DNA of 64,000 nt, taken from Octopus bimaculoides. Its lineage: Eukaryota. The stretch lies in contig NC_068981.1 of assembly GCF_001194135.2 (NCBI RefSeq), positions 55,942,127 to 56,006,126 on the forward strand. The letters are read 5' to 3'. Positions 1-49,828 of this stretch are shown here, piece by piece; within the stretch, counting starts at the first letter, position 1, and every line of letters begins with the position of its first letter. The notes under the pieces were generated by a model that was given only the letters and a program-made list of their open reading frames with translations, did not search any database and had not been told where the DNA came from. The position numbers and the translations under genes were made by a program.

Positions 1-99
1 TATCCCTGTAATCATTTTATGTCACTTTATATCTGCTTGCACAAGTTATTTGGGTCATCCCTTGCAGAATGTCCCAATATTTGTTGCAGTCCTTTGTCA

Positions 100-620
100 T
101 CTTCTTCATGAAGTTCTACTCTTTCAAACTAGCTTTCACCACTTATTCCAATGTCTTCCTCAGTCTTCATCTTCCACAGGTTCCTTCTACTTGCTTGGCA
201 CCTCTTTGCCCAACTGTCTTCCTCCATATTTATCACATGTCCATGCCAGCACAGTCTTCTCTTTTGCACACTACAGTTGCTTCCTTCTATACCTAATTTT
301 TCTTTCAGCTTATTTGTACTCTATTGTTCATGCACAATAATATTACACATCAGTGAAGCATGCTTGCTTCATTTCTTTCTAGTCATTGTTGCATCCAGCG
401 CACATATTTTGCTACCATGCAACATCATACTTTGTTTACATGCATCATACAACTAGCCCTTCATTCAGAGAGAATGTTACCAGCAGTGATAAAAGTTACC
501 TGAAATTTTTAGCACCCTGTTATTACTCTGGTTACTATGTTTTTCAGTACTTAGTTTCACTGTTAATTCAGTTACCTTGTTAATACATGCTATTAACTAC
601 ATCTAGGAACCTGTCTGAAG
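100..620 (-). mobile_element. Decayed RTE-clade LINE, C-terminal fragment
   Basis: Minus-strand translation gives LYDACKQSMMLHGS and LRWHGHV-like blocks typical of RTE ORF C-termini; stops and frameshifts present. Confidence 0.65.
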
Positions 621-1779
621 AGTTTATTTCATGAGTAATTTTACTGTTAACTACCCTTGTGCTACTGTTTCCTATGAAGTAAACTTTCTACATCAGCCTG
701 CCTGTGATCCCACTGCATCTCTTGTGTACCCATAGTTCAATCGGGTACACAGTAAAGTGCTTTCACTTTTCTGCATACTGAGTATGGCTACCTCTTCAAT
801 GGCAAAATAGTCCTACCATCTTTCTTGCACAATTAAACTTTTGTCTTTGCTAGGTTTCCTTTGCAGCTTCTTGATTCTTGGCTTTGCTTCTGCATTTGGA
901 ATTTACTTATGAATTCTTTGACAGATTTACCTATGAAAACTTTTCCTTCATTGGCATCAGGTGTTCTTTCAGACAGCCAGCTTTAAACAACTCTATTATG
1001 GTCTGGACTATGTATAATTAACCAGAGATGTGTTGAGAACTGAATGTAAATGAGTATATATTTATATATTATTGAAGGAATTCAATGTAGAATTCCTTAC
1101 AGTCACTGATCAGTCTATTGAGAATCTCCAGGCTGGCAGACTTGGCAGCCTGAAACTGAATGAAACTGGTCAGTCTGTGAAGAATTGCACATTGAATTCC
1201 TCAAAAATTCTATTGATCCACATTTTTTAAACCTATTTTTTACACACACACACACACACACATGCTCACATGCACACACACACACACTGCTTTATTAAGT
1301 CTCAGAGAAATAATGCAGGTATATATTTATATTTTGTCCCCATAATTAAAAATTTCATTGTCCCATAAATCTTAATAGGCTATAGGATATGCCCTTGTAT
1401 TAATATATAGTTCAATACTACTTAGTGAAATCATGTTATCATTGATAGTCAACCCTTTCCCATCTGAACACATGCATTTTGGCAGTTTATAGAGAAAATT
1501 ATTATTATGAGAATTAAAGGTTTTTTGTTTTTTGTAGGATTAGATTTAGGACTGATACTATCCAGACCTTGGTATATTGATGCTAGTGGCATTCATATAT
1601 TTTGATTTAGACTTAGCAAGAATTTGATTGCTGAATATCAGGAAACTTTTGAATGGGAATTGTAGTAGTTAATACAACATTGCATGGATTAAAAATGATT
1701 ACACCACTTGCAAAAGAGATAAGGATTAGATGCTTTAAAGCTCTTATGTTACTCTTAACCAACATTATTTGCTGTTACC

Positions 1780-2155
1780 ATTTTTTATCTTTTACTTTTG
1801 GACTGTGGCCAATACTGGGGCACTGCACCATCTTGAAGGGTTTAGTTGAACAAATTGATCCCAATATTTATTTTTTTAAAGCCTGGTACTTGTTCTATCA
1901 GTCTCTTTTTGCCAAACCACTAAATTATAGGGATGTGAACAATCCCTCACTAGCAGTCTGGTGGTGGTGGGGGACATACACACACACACACACACACATG
2001 ATGGGCTTCTTTTGGTTTCTGTCTACCAAATCCACTTACTAGAGTTGATTGGATGGGGCTATTAAGTTGAAGACACTTGCTCAAAGTGTGACACAGTGGG
2101 ATTGAACCTAAAACCATGTGGTTGGGAAGCAAGCTTCTTAGCAGGCAGCCATGCA
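1780..2155 (-). mobile_element. tRNA-headed SINE family A, near full length, internal (CA)n linker
   Basis: Reverse complement of the 12735-13100 copy; shared blocks caagtgtcttc, ggatttggtagac, gtacttgttctatcagtctc. Confidence 0.75.
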
Positions 2156-5100
2156 TACAGAATTTCATTTTTCATTTATATTGTCTAAAATAGAATGAAA
2201 ACAATGGTTTAATTTTTCTGAGTTTTGGCAAAATGAGTGTATAAAAAAATTATAACATCAGAACATTTTAATCAAGAAAGAATGAAGTTTTAAAAATATA
2301 TTATTATGACAATAGATGCTGGTGTTTACAAGTGTCTTTGAATCAAGTATGATATTAATAAAGTCCTTGAAATATCTTACGATATCTGATGTCCTAGACA
2401 CTTACATGTCCCACACTTGAAGCCTTATATTTTTAGATTAGTTGAAACAGGAAATTGTGGCACAATTGGAGACGGAATACTATTTTCGTACAACTGCACT
2501 ACTACTTGTGTATTCATAACAATCCCCTTTTAATTTATACAAAACTTTTTTATATAATGATAAGAGTAATAGTTTATATGAAATTATCCTTGTCTAACAG
2601 GCACTTAGCTTACTGTGTCAGCTTGTATTTTGTGAGGTAGAAAGCATAAAACACTAAAATGTCTTGCCCAACCATCTGTAATTTGTAGCATCTTCATTGT
2701 AATGATATAAGTATTTCAAATATTGACAAAAGGTTGCAAAGCCATCAACCTCAGGATTTGAGCCCAAAATATAAATTGATGAAACTAAATATCATTAGTT
2801 TTTTTTAATTAATCACACTACTGATTCAGCTAATCATAATTACTAGTATATGAGCCAACAAGGGGATTTTTATAAGTTTATTTGCTAGAAACAACACCCT
2901 AAACTCTCTCAAATCACACCCTGCTGCTTTGGGAAAGGAATGAGCATGTTTGGATAGTATAGTTCTACATAGCTCTAGAATAACCTCAATCAAGGTTAAC
3001 TTGGGTTAGATAATAATGGTGATAAGCTTAATTCTGGTAACATGTTAGCAATTTCTCATTTTCTTTTGATTTGTTATCAAGTTATTTTATGGTTTACTGA
3101 AATGTATGTTTTACTTCAGTGTTTGTTCATGGGCTTCTACTTTCTGTTAACGATCATTATTTCAATGTGAAGATCTTGAAGGTAGTGAAGATCAAGAAAT
3201 TAATCTTTTTTCAGAAGCGTGTATGCATTTTTTAATGATATGCAAAAGCTTTGACTTGAGCTAATCTGTGATGTATTGGCAGGGCTGAATTATATATTGA
3301 GTGTGATAGTTTCTAGGGCCTCTGAAAATTGGTGAGCTTATGAAAACTATGAATCAATGCATTTAACTGTTACTTCGGAAAAGTGTGTGTGTAAAATATT
3401 AAAAAATAATAGTAAGCATAAAAACATGAAATTTCCATTTTACTGTAATCTATAGTTTATTGTATTTTGGAAAGTCATATTTGCTAATAATATACATTAA
3501 TGAAATATATTTTTTGCTCTTTCCCCAATAGTTTATATAACTAGTAAGTAACTAGTTGAGTGTATAATGAGACACTTGACTCATGTAACTCAAGTGAACA
3601 TTTCGAAACACTCCATATGTCCTTCACCTTAGTTTGCCATGCTTTAATCAGATATGAGGTTACTGAATACTTAAGGATACTGTGGTTTGTAGTGTGAGAT
3701 GAAATATGATCAAGACATCTCTCAATTTTGTTGTTCAGTCATATTTGTATGCAATTGAAATCCTCTCTGCTTTTAATTGCAGCAGAGATGGGCAAAGTGG
3801 ACATGACTAGTGTGTAATAGCTTTAATTTCTTGAGATTTACTGGAGATTAATAATTATACAGCAAATTGGAGTTGGTTAATCATACTGAAAATTGGGTTT
3901 CTTTTTCTCAAGTTTTGTTTTACAGCTAGTTGAAGCTGGACATGGACACTTGAAGATTCATCCAACTTATGTCATCAGGAGAAAATGGGCTTTAAACTGA
4001 TGAGATGCTAATGATGATAACCACTGAATGTGAGCTGAAGGTGCAGGAGTGGAAAATATTAAATATATTATTTGAGCTATATAAAAGGTTAGAGCTCATA
4101 ATTTCCCACTTATATTTTCCTCATTTTTCTGTATCATTTCTAAAGTACATATAATTCTATAAAATCTATAAAAAAAAGCAACAGATCTCATCTCATTATA
4201 ATAGTATCATTATTTTATTATCTGGTATCCATGGATTAGATAATTCTGCAATGCGATACTTTTCCCATCCTCTCAACCTAGGGTCATATCAGGTGTAATA
4301 TCCAACATTTTCAGGTCTGAATGGTTGCTTCTTCTATAACCTGTCTTCCACATACATCCACTTTTATAACTTTGAATGGATTATATGGTTTACTGAATGT
4401 CTTTTTAATTTTGCCTCTTATCAGTTGTAAATCAAAGTTTAGTTTGCTTAAAGAATTCAAGTAATTGCTGGAATATGTCCAATTTCTTTTAACCTATTTC
4501 TTCTTTTCTCTTTTTGTCACTCTTTGAATAAGCTAGCTATTAAATTTGAAGTCTCCTTGATTCTTCCTTGCTTTTGTATATTAGAACATGTAGACACTTT
4601 TATATTGCCTACCTTATACAAAACTTTTTAAAATGTCACCAATATCAATTATTCATTTGCCTCTATTTTGTCTTCTAAAGATTCTTATTACCTATCATTT
4701 TTATGTCCAAAAGGTTATACTGAAAGAAATGTTATCAGTTTTTTATTTTTTTTTTTTAAGTGATCAATTGATAATTCAGCTTACTGCTCTCTCTCCTTAT
4801 GTCTCAATTCAGATCTCCAAGTGCCATATGACATTATTTTAGATTTCATTAATTAGATTTGATTAGAAAATTCATTCGACTTTGGTTTTTGTTTTTATTG
4901 GAAATATATTAACAGCTGTTTACTTCATCAGACCCTTCTAAAAGTGTCTTGAGAGTTTGTCTATGCTATAATGTATATATTTGGAGTTTATGGCTTTAAG
5001 GTAGCCAATCATCTGCTTGGAAGCAATCCTCAGATCCATAGTATATCTTTAAATCTGGCTTTGATTCAACTTCATTATATGTATAGTATCCTCTACATAA

Positions 5101-7269
5101 CCATTCTACCTTTTATTGTAGAGGATACTGTTCAATGGTTTAGTTCATAAAACAATTGCCAATTTTGAATATCATGAAAAATTTGAAGGAAATTTAGTTT
5201 TGCTAGAAAATAAAATCTATTCTGTTATTTTACTGTTATAATCAAACTGTTTTAGCATTGAAATATCTTTACACAGTTTCATCTATTTATTGTGTTGCAA
5301 TAAAGTAAGCTTTCTGCAAGTCAGCATCATTATTTCCAGAAGCATAATCACCAACTGGTTAAGTGAAGCTGCTATAATCATAAATGGTTAGTATACCCAT
5401 CCTACTGCAGGCATTATATTATGGTGGGATGAAACAGTCAACTTTGTTTATCTCGGCCAACCTAACAGAAATCAAATATCAGAGAAATATAAGTTCTCAA
5501 GGAGATAAGGAGGAAGTCTGTTGGCCTAATTATAGTTAGTTACTAACCTCATAGCAGCATTGTGTTATGTTCATAGCCAAGAACCTTAGCACTTTTACTG
5601 AGCCTTCCAAGCTATGAATGTAGTTCACTTCTAATATGGACTATAGAATTAACAAATATTTCAATAGCATGCAATACTGAATTCAGTTTCACTCATAATA
5701 GAATTGGTTCAAATGAGTCTCTTATCACCCTAATGTTCAGAATATTATGATAAAGTACTGAATATGAATATGATCTGACTAGGAACCTCTGCTTGTTATT
5801 TAATTTGCTAGAAATAGCAACCAAATATGCCTCCAACAGTTCCTTACCGTCTTTAAAAAAAACACCTTTGATAATTGAATCTTGGATACACTATGCCTGA
5901 AAAAATGAGATAGTCAGGCTTGGAATGCTTTTGATCAAGGAGCAGACTCAGGGCTAAATAACTATTGAATTGGAATGAATTTAAAATGGCACTTTAATGG
6001 CAGATAGGTGGCTATTAGACCATTTTTTTTTTGTATATATAAAAAAGGTAACCTTTTCTCTGTGCCACATGTTGCTTCTCTCCTAATTGAAAGAAACAAC
6101 ATATAAGTATTGACTTGATGTACAAATACACTCAGGTATGATTCAAGTGTTAGTTATTATTTTATTATGTTTTATATTCCACTTACCCTACTTTATATTA
6201 ATGATGAATTGAATTATAAACTACAAACTCCTTTTATTACTACCATAACTGTTAAACACAGAGTTAAAGATTTTAAGATGTTCACCAAGAGGTTGGCACT
6301 TATTCTTGACATTATAGTTAGAGTTGAACATACATGTGACATTTCCATCAGATTTGACATAAGAACACTCACTCTATGCAATGCACCATAGAGTATATTG
6401 GGAAAAGATTTGGTTTTGGTGGAGTGCTAATCAATTTAGATTAACCTAGAGTTTTCAGTAGGGTTAACTATTGTTATGGGATTGGGGATGACCTAAACAT
6501 TGATGGTTTCCGTTTCATCTTCAAAGATGCTGGACTGTAACAATGTTCAGTGGTATCTCTTCTGTAATTAAAATTAAATGGCCATTTCTTGGAACTATTT
6601 TACATCACACACTCAGTTTATTAAAGATGTTCCCATTCCACTTTACTGTGTTTTTGGTGCTGGAGCCGTTGTTGAGGAAACTGATGACCTTTTGAGGGCA
6701 TATTGTTCAAATTGGGGCACAAAAGAAGTGTGTCTACATTCATTTATGCTGTTGTCATCATTGTGTTGGGCACTTTGGAAAAAGGTAGTCAGAGCTGATT
6801 TCCAAACTGTTGGAAGAGTAGCAGATGTTTATGGGAGCATGCATCAATTAGGACAAGGTGGTGGGTTTGCAACTCAGTACTTAGAGAGGCAAGTCTATGT
6901 TAGCCAGTGGGAACTTTTGTTGCTGTACTGAGAATTCAGTTAAGATAATTACAGTCTGGTTCTAACCAAACCTACAAATGGAGAAAAACTGGGAAGAAAT
7001 CATGAATAAGGTGACTTGTTTTATTCAATCATGAACTGAAAAGAAGTTGTCCTTAAAAAGTTGGGTGGAAACAGCTAACACTTACATTGCTTCAGTGGTG
7101 AACTACTATCTGACCGTTGTACCTTGTCCTATGGAACACAGATAGGATTGTAGCTCATGCTTTTTTTTACTTGTAAAATGAACAGGTTACACTTGTCAGG
7201 AGATTCATTTATGAGTAACAATAATCACCTCAGAAGTGTGTGCAGAATGATAGAAGGATACTTGCCTTT

Positions 7270-8450
7270 ACAATTGAAGAAAAGTAATAGGCATGGAAAT
7301 GCTATCATGAGAGCTTATTGAAGGAGGAGAATGCATCGGGAAAAAGTGAGGTTTATTGTATGGTGACCAAAAGAGGGACTAGAAATCCAAGTCACCAGCA
7401 GTATTCTAGATAGAATGATCATGTATATGTAGGCAGGGAAAGTTGCTGGTCCGTCAGAGATAGTCACTGAGTTACTTAAAGTATCTATAATAGCAGAGTT
7501 GGATACCTACTAGTCACTTAAATAGTTAACCAGGTAGTACAGGAAGCTCAGTGACTGGCATAGCAATATCATTGTAAACTACTGTAAGGGCAAAAGAGAT
7601 TCATTGGAGAAAGGCAATTACAGAGTCATCAAATTATTGGATCAGCTTATGAAGGTTATAGAAAAGAATCATAGTACAATTTATTAGTAACAGAATTGAC
7701 TTAGAGATGAGATGAAGTTTGGCTTCATACATGGAGGCGGTACCACTGATGCTATCTTCTTAGCTAAGTACTTCTGCAGTTTTCTCACTATGAATAAATT
7801 GCTGTGACTAACATTTGATGATCACTAAAGAAACTAGATATAGATGTTTGGTTTAAGAGGGTTGCGCAAGCTATGTACAGAAAAGCAGTCAGTAATGTGA
7901 AAATCAGCAATGAGTTCAGCAACAAATTTAGTGTGCAGGTAAATCGTAACTGAACCAAATTCGATGACTGGCAGAGCAGCGGTCTGGCTTCCGTGCCGGT
8001 GGCATATGAATAGCACCATTTGAGCATGATTGTTATCAGCATCACCTTACTGGCATTTGTGCCGGTGGCATGTGAACAAAACATTTGAGTGAGATCGTTG
8101 CCAGTGCTGCTGGACTGATTCCTGTGCAGGTGGCATGTAAAAACACCATTTGAGTATGGCTGTTGCCTGTACTGCTAGACTGACCCTCGTGCCGGTGGCA
8201 CATAAAAGCACTCACTACACTCTCTGAGTGGTTGGTGTTAGGAAGGGCATCCAGCTGTAGAAACTCTTCCAGATCAGATTGGAGCCTGGTGCAGCCATCT
8301 GGTTTCACCAGTCCTCAGTCAAATCGTCCAACCCATGCTAGCATGGAAAGCGGACGTTAAACGATGATGATGATGTAGGGATTCTGTCAGTTCATTGTAG
8401 TCCTACAGACAGTAACAGGAGTTTAAAAGGACCATATTGATTATTGGGCT
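7270..8450 (+). mobile_element. Decayed RTE LINE RT fragment interrupted at 7941-8375
   Basis: Homologous to 14600-15200 (aaattattggatcag..atgaaggtta, ggcggtaccactgatgctatcttc); the sequence resumes after the insert. Confidence 0.75.
7941..8375 (+). mobile_element. Younger RTE 3'-UTR-only copy with (GAT)n tail
   Basis: Ends in catgctagcatggaaagcggacgttaaac(gat)n; nearly identical reverse complements at 9637 and 13679; same sequence forms the 3' UTR of the LINE at 31791. Confidence 0.85.
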
Positions 8451-9294
8451 GGAGAAACCCTTTGCACACCTATGCAAGCATGATGAATCACATTAAAATG
8501 GAGGGTGGGTTGTGTATATGTATATGTGTGTTTGTATCTGCTGTCAAGTCTAAATCTGCTGCTTCTACACCTTTTACTCCACTCTCCTTATTGCTTTTTT
8601 ACTTTTGCTTGTCTCTCTGCCATCCATCCCCCATCCCCCATCACAGTTGCCACCTGTTTCATGATAGTTGGTGAGGGAACTACTTTCATTCCATCCCATC
8701 CCTCATCATTGTCCTCATAACTCTACCTCTGTTGCCTATCATGAGGCCTACATGTAAGAGACTGCTTTGGATGTGTTTGTACCTTCACTTACTTTCTGTA
8801 TTGCCAGTCATCACTCATTCTCCCTCGGACTACTTATCGTCATCCAGTACTTACTCTTACCATTGACCACCTTGTACATCCACTGATCTCTTTCCATCTC
8901 TTCATTCCAGTCACACTGTTCCTGTCATTATACTTTTGTTCTCTTCACCCACCTATTTTGGTTCCTCTGCTCTTATGCTCTCTCTCTTTCTCCTATTGAG
9001 TTGAGCAGACATATATATCTTAGTGAGTATTCTTTACTCTTGTGGTATACAAAGCGACTATGTCATGATAAATAGTACTTTGTTCTGTAAAGTGGTTAGC
9101 ATATGAATGGAGAAAGCATAGAATTGAGTGTCCATTCAGTCCTTTCTATTCAAGAATATGGTAAACTCTTTAGTGCTAGTGTCATGATAAAATGCAGTTG
9201 GTTTACTCTGTAAAGTGATTGATGATTGGAATTGTATCCTGCTGCAGAAACCAAGTCAAAAATGAAATGTACAAACTAGGTGTGGCCCTCCACC

Positions 9295-9461
9295 CAGGGT
9301 TGTTTTAGGCATTGGTACACTGGGAAGTTGCCCAGGGTCCTCACTCGTCTAGGGACCCAATTCTGATCTAGGTATGCTTTGACTTGCTGTCAATAAAAAA
9401 TACTATAGGGTTCAATACATTGATTTACCTGGGGGCTTATAATGCTATTAAAGCAGCTCTG
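9295..9461. mobile_element. hAT-type MITE, 167 bp
   Basis: Imperfect 14-bp TIRs CAGGGTTGTTTTAG / TTAAAGCAGCTCTG; perfect 8-bp TSD CCTCCACC at 9287-9294 and 9462-9469. Confidence 0.8.
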
Positions 9462-9636
9462 CCTCCACCCTGTTTATGAAGGTAGTGAAACTCAATAAGA
9501 ACCCATGCTGTGTTAATTCATTCAAGCCAAGTAAGTATGGAAAGTAAACTTAAAATGATGGTGATAGTGGTGGTGGTGGTAGTAGTTGTAACACAGTTGC
9601 TTTCAATGCTTCACATTGCAACACTTTCAATGCTCT

Positions 9637-9910
9637 CATCATCATCATCGTTTAACGTCCGCTTTCCATGCTAGCATGGGTTGGACGATTTGACTGAGGA
9701 CTGGTGGACCAGGAGGCGACACCAGGCTCCAATCTGATTTGGCAGAGTTTCTACAGCTGGATGCTCTTCCTAACGCCAACCACTCAGAGAGTGTAGTGGG
9801 TGTTTTACGTGCCACTGGCACGAGGGCCAGTCAGGCTGTACTGGCGACGGCCACGCTCGAAATTGTGTATTTTATGTGCTACCTGCACAGGAGCCAGTCC
9901 ATCGGCAATC
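9637..9910 (-). mobile_element. RTE 3'-UTR-only copy
   Basis: (CAT)n-cgtttaacgtccgctttccatgctagcatggg; reverse complement of 8100-8375. Confidence 0.85.
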
Positions 9911-10894
9911 ACCAATAATGCTAACCATTGTAGTTTTCTTATAGACTATATTGACATTATTTGTGGATTGTCTGTGCTTTGAGGTTTACACAGACATGTC
10001 AGCTTTAAGCTATCAAGGCTACACTAATATTTCCCTGTTAACCATATTGGGCTGCATAAATATTTTTCTGTAGGAAACCTAGGACTATTCAGATGTTACC
10101 AACAAACCATCTATGGCTACATTGATATTTGACCCACTCAACTCCCAAGGCTGCACTAGTATAATCCACTCACCGTCTTTGCAAACACTGATATCACCTA
10201 TAACCCTCTTCCACTTAAGTCTGCTCTAATGTATCCTACTCACCACTTTGAATTACATTGATGTTACCCACATCACATTGGGGTTACACATTGCAACTAG
10301 GACTTTACTGATGTAATCCACACAATTCTTAGGCTTCTTGGATCTAATCCACTCACCTTCAAGGCTACATTAATGTTTACTCAAAGTTGCATTGCTGACC
10401 CCCACACAACACTTAGCCTACATAGTTCTAACCTACTCAGCACCTTGACTACACTGATCTTTACCCTCTCAACATCCAGAGCCATACTGATGTTACACAG
10501 CGTTTAATATTATCCATTTTAGTCTGTAGTAATACTCATGTCACCTGAAAAATATATACAGCTATACTGGTATTACTCTTTCAGCACATGTATTAAATGT
10601 ATTACATACATTTTCGATTGTTAGTGTAACCTGGTAGTCTTTTCAACTTACAATACTCCTCAGAGAAAAAGAGATGAGAGGGTTACTTGTATTTCTTTGA
10701 AAATGAGGCTTATAAAATTTCCCAAGATTTTGTAAGGTCATTCTTATTGATAAGCACAAATCCATTTGTGCCTATGTGTATGCAAACGTGTCTAAAAGAA
10801 TGTTTAAAAGTTTTTTATTATTATCCCACTAGTTTGATGTTCCCATTCACCTTCAGAAACGACTTCAAGTCTGGCAGGCCTACACTTTATGGTG

Positions 10895-11275
10895 GTTGTA
10901 GTAGTAGTAATAGTAGTAGTAGTAGTAGTAGCACATGGTGTAGTGGTAGTAGTAGTAGTAGTAGTAGTAGCACATGGTGTAGTGGTAGTAGTAGTAGTAG
11001 TAGTAGTAGTAGCACATGGTGTAGTGGTAGTAGTAGTAGTAGTAGTAGTAGTAATAGCACATGGTGTAGTGGTTGTAGTTGTAGTAATAGCACATGGTGT
11101 AGTGGTTGTAGTTGTAGTAATAGCACATGGTGTAGTGGTTGTAGTTGTAGTAATAGCACATGATGTAGTGGTAGTGATAGTAATAGTAGTGCATGGTGTA
11201 GTAGTAGTACATGGTGTAGTGGTAGTAGTAGTAATAGTACATGATGTAGTAGTAGTTTTAATTGTAACAGTAGTA
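10895..11275. repeat. Compound (GTA)n microsatellite/minisatellite with recurring GCACATGGTGTAGTGG anchor
   Basis: Directly visible; unit length about 33-45 bp, varying with the number of GTA triplets. Confidence 0.95.
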
Positions 11276-11710
11276 GCATATGTAGTAGGAGGAGGAAGAA
11301 GAGGAAACAGAGGAAGAATGAGTACTCATTAAAGTCAAAAGAAGGATATCTTTCTAGTGATAATAATTACTATAAACATAAAATTGAAAAGGAAAATTAG
11401 AATAAGGTAAATGGCAAGAAAGTGTTGTGTGTTGGAGAGGTTGATCCACTGTTCTAAATTACTGACCTAATCCACACCTCATAAAGTGAGATGTATTCTA
11501 AGTCACATACCTTCTAATATCACATACCTGCTAAAGTTAAGATCATTCAACCATAAAACTTTACAAACACAAAGCATTTTTTCTTTTTATGCAACAGACA
11601 TTTTATAGGTTTTACTTATATTTTCTTTTTGTACTTTTTAGCTGTGCCGTCGAAAGAAGCAACATATTACACAGTCTTCTGGTGTTCACCAACGTTTTTT
11701 AATCCAGAAA

Positions 11711-49828
<38,118 letters not shown>

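Noticed and set aside
3120-3181. Another upstream exon candidate (ttttacttcag|...gaag|gtagtg)
   Set aside because: Weak donor and no independent support.
6400-6960. 117-aa ORF at 6578 or an old TE remnant
   Set aside because: No recognisable motif on either strand.
10687-11332. Overlapping long ORFs rich in Ser/Cys, Tyr/His, Leu or Val
   Set aside because: All are translations of the (GTA)n compound repeat in different frames; no coding evidence.
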